Positions 60,303 to 64,000 of a DNA stretch of 64,000 bases are shown here, one piece after another. The notes under the pieces were generated by a model. The model worked only from the letters and a program-made list of their open reading frames with translations, did not search any database and was not told the DNA's origin. The stretch's first letter is position 1; every line of letters starts with the position of its first letter. The stretch spans positions 39,990,001-40,054,000 of the forward strand of contig OZ024753.1 in NCBI GenBank assembly GCA_964016885.1. The letters run 5' to 3'. The translations under genes and the position numbers were made by a program. This DNA comes from Eledone cirrhosa (taxonomy: Eukaryota).

Positions 60303-63300
60303 TTTCTTTATTTACCATAAAGGCATAAAAAGAAGGGACAAATACAAAGGGGGAGTTTACATATAATCGAGTAAAAAGGGTGTAACATGAAAATAATCGA
60401 AAATAACCTCAAAAGGGAGGGGACGTGATGGGGGTTGCACACACCCCCGAAAAAGTGTGCAATCCTTTGCCCGGGGAGCACATGGAGAAGGTGCTCCCCT
60501 CTCCTTTACTTCTTTACCTACAGGATGGTATACAGAGAAGGCCCATTTACACGAGCCATTCTCGCCACTATCACCCACCTTTCATAAAACTGCCTGTGGC
60601 CAAGCACCTCTCTCTCCATTCTTATCCTTCTTCCGAAGTGATATCGGAAGAAGTAGACCAGACTATGGCCAGAGAGGAAGTTGCCTGACCTCAGACCTTT
60701 CAATCGTGTCCACCAAACAACCTCTTTCAACATGGCTATTACGCACAGAAAAACCGCCTTTGCTTCCTTTGTGAAGAGGGGAGGCGGTTTGATTGTCATC
60801 ACGGACTCGGCTGTCAATTTAATCGGCGCCACCCGCGACAGCAGTTGTTCGGCGTAGCCCCACAGATCAGCCACGCCCGGACATTGCACCAATGCGTGCG
60901 CCACGGTTTCTTCGTGACGCACGCATCTAGGGCAAATCTTTTTTGAGGGATCCCTGCCCGGGCGCCCGTGTCTGTAGAGCCTCTCTCGAACGGGTAGAGC
61001 CCCTCGGTAGCACTGCCAGGCCAGTGACTTCTGGAAGTTGTCCATTGGTCCTGGGCCGAAAGTCCTACCGAACAGGCTGGCCAGTTCGTCTTCTTCCATG
61101 TCCAGCGACTCTCCAAGGGTGTCATCGCCCCTGCTAGCCACCAGCCCTCTATAGAATGATGAGGTGGATTCTCCACCGATGGCCCGGCCCGCTTGCCAGA
61201 GAGCCCTGAGCGCCTGAGCACACTCAGTGTGCCAGTCTCCCAGTTTTCCGGATCTTTGCTTGACCCAGGACTGTAGCTCGGTGAGTGAGACGAGTCTCGG
61301 AAAGGCTCGTTTCACGAACGGAGCCCACACCGGTTGACCAGTGAGGAATACCTGTAGGTGCCGTAGCCTTAATGCGTGCCTACGCATCATCAACCACGGC
61401 ATCCCCAGCCCTCCTTTCGAAGGTTGTTGGCAGCAGATGGATCTTCTCACCATAGGAGAACGCTTCTTCCAAAGAAATTGGAAGAGCATGCGTTCCATGG
61501 TGGTGAGTGTTTCCTTAGGGCAAGGCACGACAGTCAGGCGGTAGTAAGTGACGGACGCTATGTAAATGTTCGCCACCTCCGCCCGGCCTTTTAGGGACAG
61601 CTTACACTTGGCCCATTTCTGGGTTAGTGCAAACACCTTGTTCGTAACCTCGTTCCAGTTCTTTTCCACCTGGAGGTCCGGTCCAAACCAGACCCCAAGC
61701 AACTTTACCGGGCCCTCCGTCCAGTGTCCGACGACACCATCGGGAGGCATCGGTCTGCCTCTCCACGTTCCGAGTTGCAGCCCGATGGATTTTTCCCGGT
61801 TCAGTTTCGCTCCTGACAACCTTTCGTACTCCTCCAGTAAGGTACCGATCGCCTCGATCTCCGAGTCGGTTGATACCATTACTGTTACGTCATCGGCGTA
61901 GGCCGACACCGCTTTGCTCAATCCTGGTTCCAGGGGGATACCCTGCAACAACTCCAACTTCCTCAGTAAAGGCTCGAGAGTCAATACGTACAGAAGGGAG
62001 GAGAGAGGGCACCCCTGTCGAATGGATCGTGTGATTTCGAACGGCTTCGAAAGGTAGCCGTTCACCTTGATCCTAGAACAGATGTGGTTGCTATGTAGGG
62101 CAGTGATCCAGCCTCTGAAAACAGGACCGAACCCAGCCGCCGCTAGCACCGCATCCAGGTAACCATGGTCGACCCTATCGAAGGCCTTAGACTGATCCAA
62201 GTTGATCAGGGCCCCACCGAAGCCGGGTTTGTTGCCAACCCTCTCTATGATGTATCGCATGAGGTGGAGGTTATCGTGAATGGACCTGGATGGGATAGCA
62301 CATGTCTGCGCATCTCCCACCAGGCCACCCACGACAAGCGCCAACCTCTTTGCTAACACCTTGGCCAAAATCTTTAACTCTGTGTTTAGCAGGGTTATGG
62401 GCCGAAAATTATTTATACTATCCCCCTTGTTCTCGTCCTTCCTTACCAGCGTGACTACGCCCTTGGCTACAGAACAAGGAATTCTCCCGTTCTGCTGCCA
62501 ATTGCAGTAGACCGCTTCGAGGAGTTCGGAGAAGAAGACCGGCATTGCTAAATAAAGTTCGTAAGGTATACCATCGAGACCTGGAGATTTGCGTCTGCTG
62601 CATTGGCTCAGCGCATCTCCGATCTCATCAGCCGAGATTGGTCCCTCGCAGGACTCCGCCTCTTTGTTCGAGAGACGCGGCAGGCCGTCGAGGTATGGAC
62701 CGAAATCCACGCCCCGGCCCGGACCCTCGCCTCCCCCGAACAATCGGGCAAAGTGCTTTTGAAAGGCCTCGCACATCTGCTTAGGCTCCCGGATCACTCG
62801 TCCATCTTCGTCTTGCAACGACCGGATGGTGGATCGATTTCCACTTTTAGCTTCTGTCACGCGGGCCCATCCAACGGCTTTGGCCCCCTCATTACCTAGA
62901 GCACGTATTTTACTTCGAATGACGCAGCCTTCATGCTTTGCATCGAAAAACTGGTTCAAGGCCGTCCTCGATGCCAGCACTCTGGCCACATCTTCGCTCT
63001 TGATTGCCTCTTCTAATTTACCTGTTAATTCTTTCTCGTTTCTATTCCTATTGGCAGCTAACATCTTGCTATAACTTATTGATTCTGTTCTAATCTCTCT
63101 TTTGAGAGATGCCCACCATCGGTTGTTGACGATTGCACCCGTCAACCTCTCCTTAACTAATCTGCTAATCCGGTTTCTGTAAGTCTCTTTTGCCGGTAAA
63201 GACAAATTAAGTTTCCAGTAACCGGGACCCTGTCTATGTGTTTTCTCGAGATTGACCACGCAGGTCACTAATTTGTGATCCGTGTAGCCAACCGTGCGCA

Positions 63301-64000
63301 TTTCTGGACAGCTTAATATGTCCCTATCCTTACTTCTAACTAAGAATCTATCTAAGTACGATCTAGATTGACCACTGTGGTTTCTCCAAGTCCAGGTAGG
63401 CACAGTTGGAAAATCTAGTCGATATCTATCGACCAAGTTAAAACGGTCGAGTAACCCCTTGAGGCTGTTACACCCCCCTCTATTAGGACATGCTCCTGCA
63501 TAGTCCCAACGTGCATCTAGGATGTCATTCCAATCCCCCGCTAGAAGCAGGGAACGCGACGTTCCCAGAAAAGTCTCCAAACGCTGGAAGAAGTCGGGCC
63601 GTTCAGCTCCGAAAGGGGAGTAGACGGCGACCAGTCTCAAGGCCGCACTTTCACTACTGCCAACGTCTAGCACCAACAAACGACCCTCCGGGTCCGAGTG
63701 CACAACCTGTACGGCAAGACCCAGGTGTTTTTGCAGCAGCACGACAACCCCACCCCCACCTCCAGGTTGACAGAGAGATGCATGCACCTCAAAGTCATCG
63801 AAGGTGGGGGCCAGCTGCCGCATGACGCTGATTCGAGTCTCACAGATAACCATTACATTTATACTACATGACCTGAGGTCATTTAGAAGCTTTGCTTGCT
63901 TCCAAGTTGAGCCCAGGCCACGTGCATTCAAACATCCTACTCTTAACACATCCATGTGGGCGGCAGAGCCAAAGGAGAGTGTAGAGACCTACCTTTCCGC
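60303..64000 (-). mobile_element. Long, young Tx1-type non-LTR retrotransposon; ORF1 and 5' end lie beyond the window
   Basis: ORF2 plus a ~215-bp 3' UTR ending AATAAAGAAA that runs into ATCTATCTAT. Confidence 0.92.
60518..63955 (-). CDS. LINE ORF2 (Tx1/L1 group): APE endonuclease, reverse transcriptase and C-terminal CCHC zinc knuckle, 1145 aa, uninterrupted
   Basis: APE motifs CLNARGL, ICETR, GDWN, SYLDRF, TDHK. RT motifs KSPGLDG, FRPITLLN, LDQSKAFDRVDH, RQGCPLS, YADDV, KLLGV. Knuckle CPRC-x7-HALVQC. Tx1-like GPGYWKLN linker and GGLGMP motif. Confidence 0.96.
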   Translation of the reverse strand: MDVLRVGCLNARGLGSTWKQAKLLNDLRSCSINVMVICETRISVMRQLAPTFDDFEVHASLCQPGGGGGVVVLLQKHLGLAVQVVHSDPEGRLLVLDVGSSESAALRLVAVYSPFGAERPDFFQRLETFLGTSRSLLLAGDWNDILDARWDYAGACPNRGGCNSLKGLLDRFNLVDRYRLDFPTVPTWTWRNHSGQSRSYLDRFLVRSKDRDILSCPEMRTVGYTDHKLVTCVVNLEKTHRQGPGYWKLNLSLPAKETYRNRISRLVKERLTGAIVNNRWWASLKREIRTESISYSKMLAANRNRNEKELTGKLEEAIKSEDVARVLASRTALNQFFDAKHEGCVIRSKIRALGNEGAKAVGWARVTEAKSGNRSTIRSLQDEDGRVIREPKQMCEAFQKHFARLFGGGEGPGRGVDFGPYLDGLPRLSNKEAESCEGPISADEIGDALSQCSRRKSPGLDGIPYELYLAMPVFFSELLEAVYCNWQQNGRIPCSVAKGVVTLVRKDENKGDSINNFRPITLLNTELKILAKVLAKRLALVVGGLVGDAQTCAIPSRSIHDNLHLMRYIIERVGNKPGFGGALINLDQSKAFDRVDHGYLDAVLAAAGFGPVFRGWITALHSNHICSRIKVNGYLSKPFEITRSIRQGCPLSSLLYVLTLEPLLRKLELLQGIPLEPGLSKAVSAYADDVTVMVSTDSEIEAIGTLLEEYERLSGAKLNREKSIGLQLGTWRGRPMPPDGVVGHWTEGPVKLLGVWFGPDLQVEKNWNEVTNKVFALTQKWAKCKLSLKGRAEVANIYIASVTYYRLTVVPCPKETLTTMERMLFQFLWKKRSPMVRRSICCQQPSKGGLGMPWLMMRRHALRLRHLQVFLTGQPVWAPFVKRAFPRLVSLTELQSWVKQRSGKLGDWHTECAQALRALWQAGRAIGGESTSSFYRGLVASRGDDTLGESLDMEEDELASLFGRTFGPGPMDNFQKSLAWQCYRGALPVRERLYRHGRPGRDPSKKICPRCVRHEETVAHALVQCPGVADLWGYAEQLLSRVAPIKLTAESVMTIKPPPLFTKEAKAVFLCVIAMLKEVVWWTRLKGLRSGNFLSGHSLVYFFRYHFGRRIRMEREVLGHRQFYERWVIVARMARVNGPSLYTIL

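Noticed and set aside
60357-63825. Short ORFs overlapping the LINE ORF2
   Set aside because: They are antisense or alternate-frame shadows of a GC-richer coding region, with no motifs.

Overview
AT-rich, repeat-dominated eukaryotic DNA, most likely an octopus intron or intergenic region. That assignment is inferred from the SINE sequences and the extreme (TA)n content. About a quarter of the window is degenerate (TA/TG/CA)n satellite, which produces nearly all the long Y/I/H/T/C/V-rich 'ORFs'. The only convincing long CDS is an apparently intact Tx1/L1-group LINE ORF2 (60518-63955, minus strand: APE endonuclease, RT, CCHC knuckle). Its truncated relatives all sit in (TATC)n tracts. Also present are about 20 tRNA-derived SINEs, five copies of a ~600-bp bipartite RTE-derived element, a Helitron, MITEs and relics of R4/Dong, CRE, CR1 and RTE LINEs. 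The most notable signal, found by hand-folding, is a set of type I hammerhead ribozymes from several unrelated sequence families. Most have long stem II hairpins and palindromic minimal stem III. They lie in short Penelope-LTR-like islands inside (TA)n tracts, often as head-to-head inverted pairs. No host gene can be called with confidence; two candidate minus-strand exons are flagged. All structures and family assignments were read by eye and none was computed.
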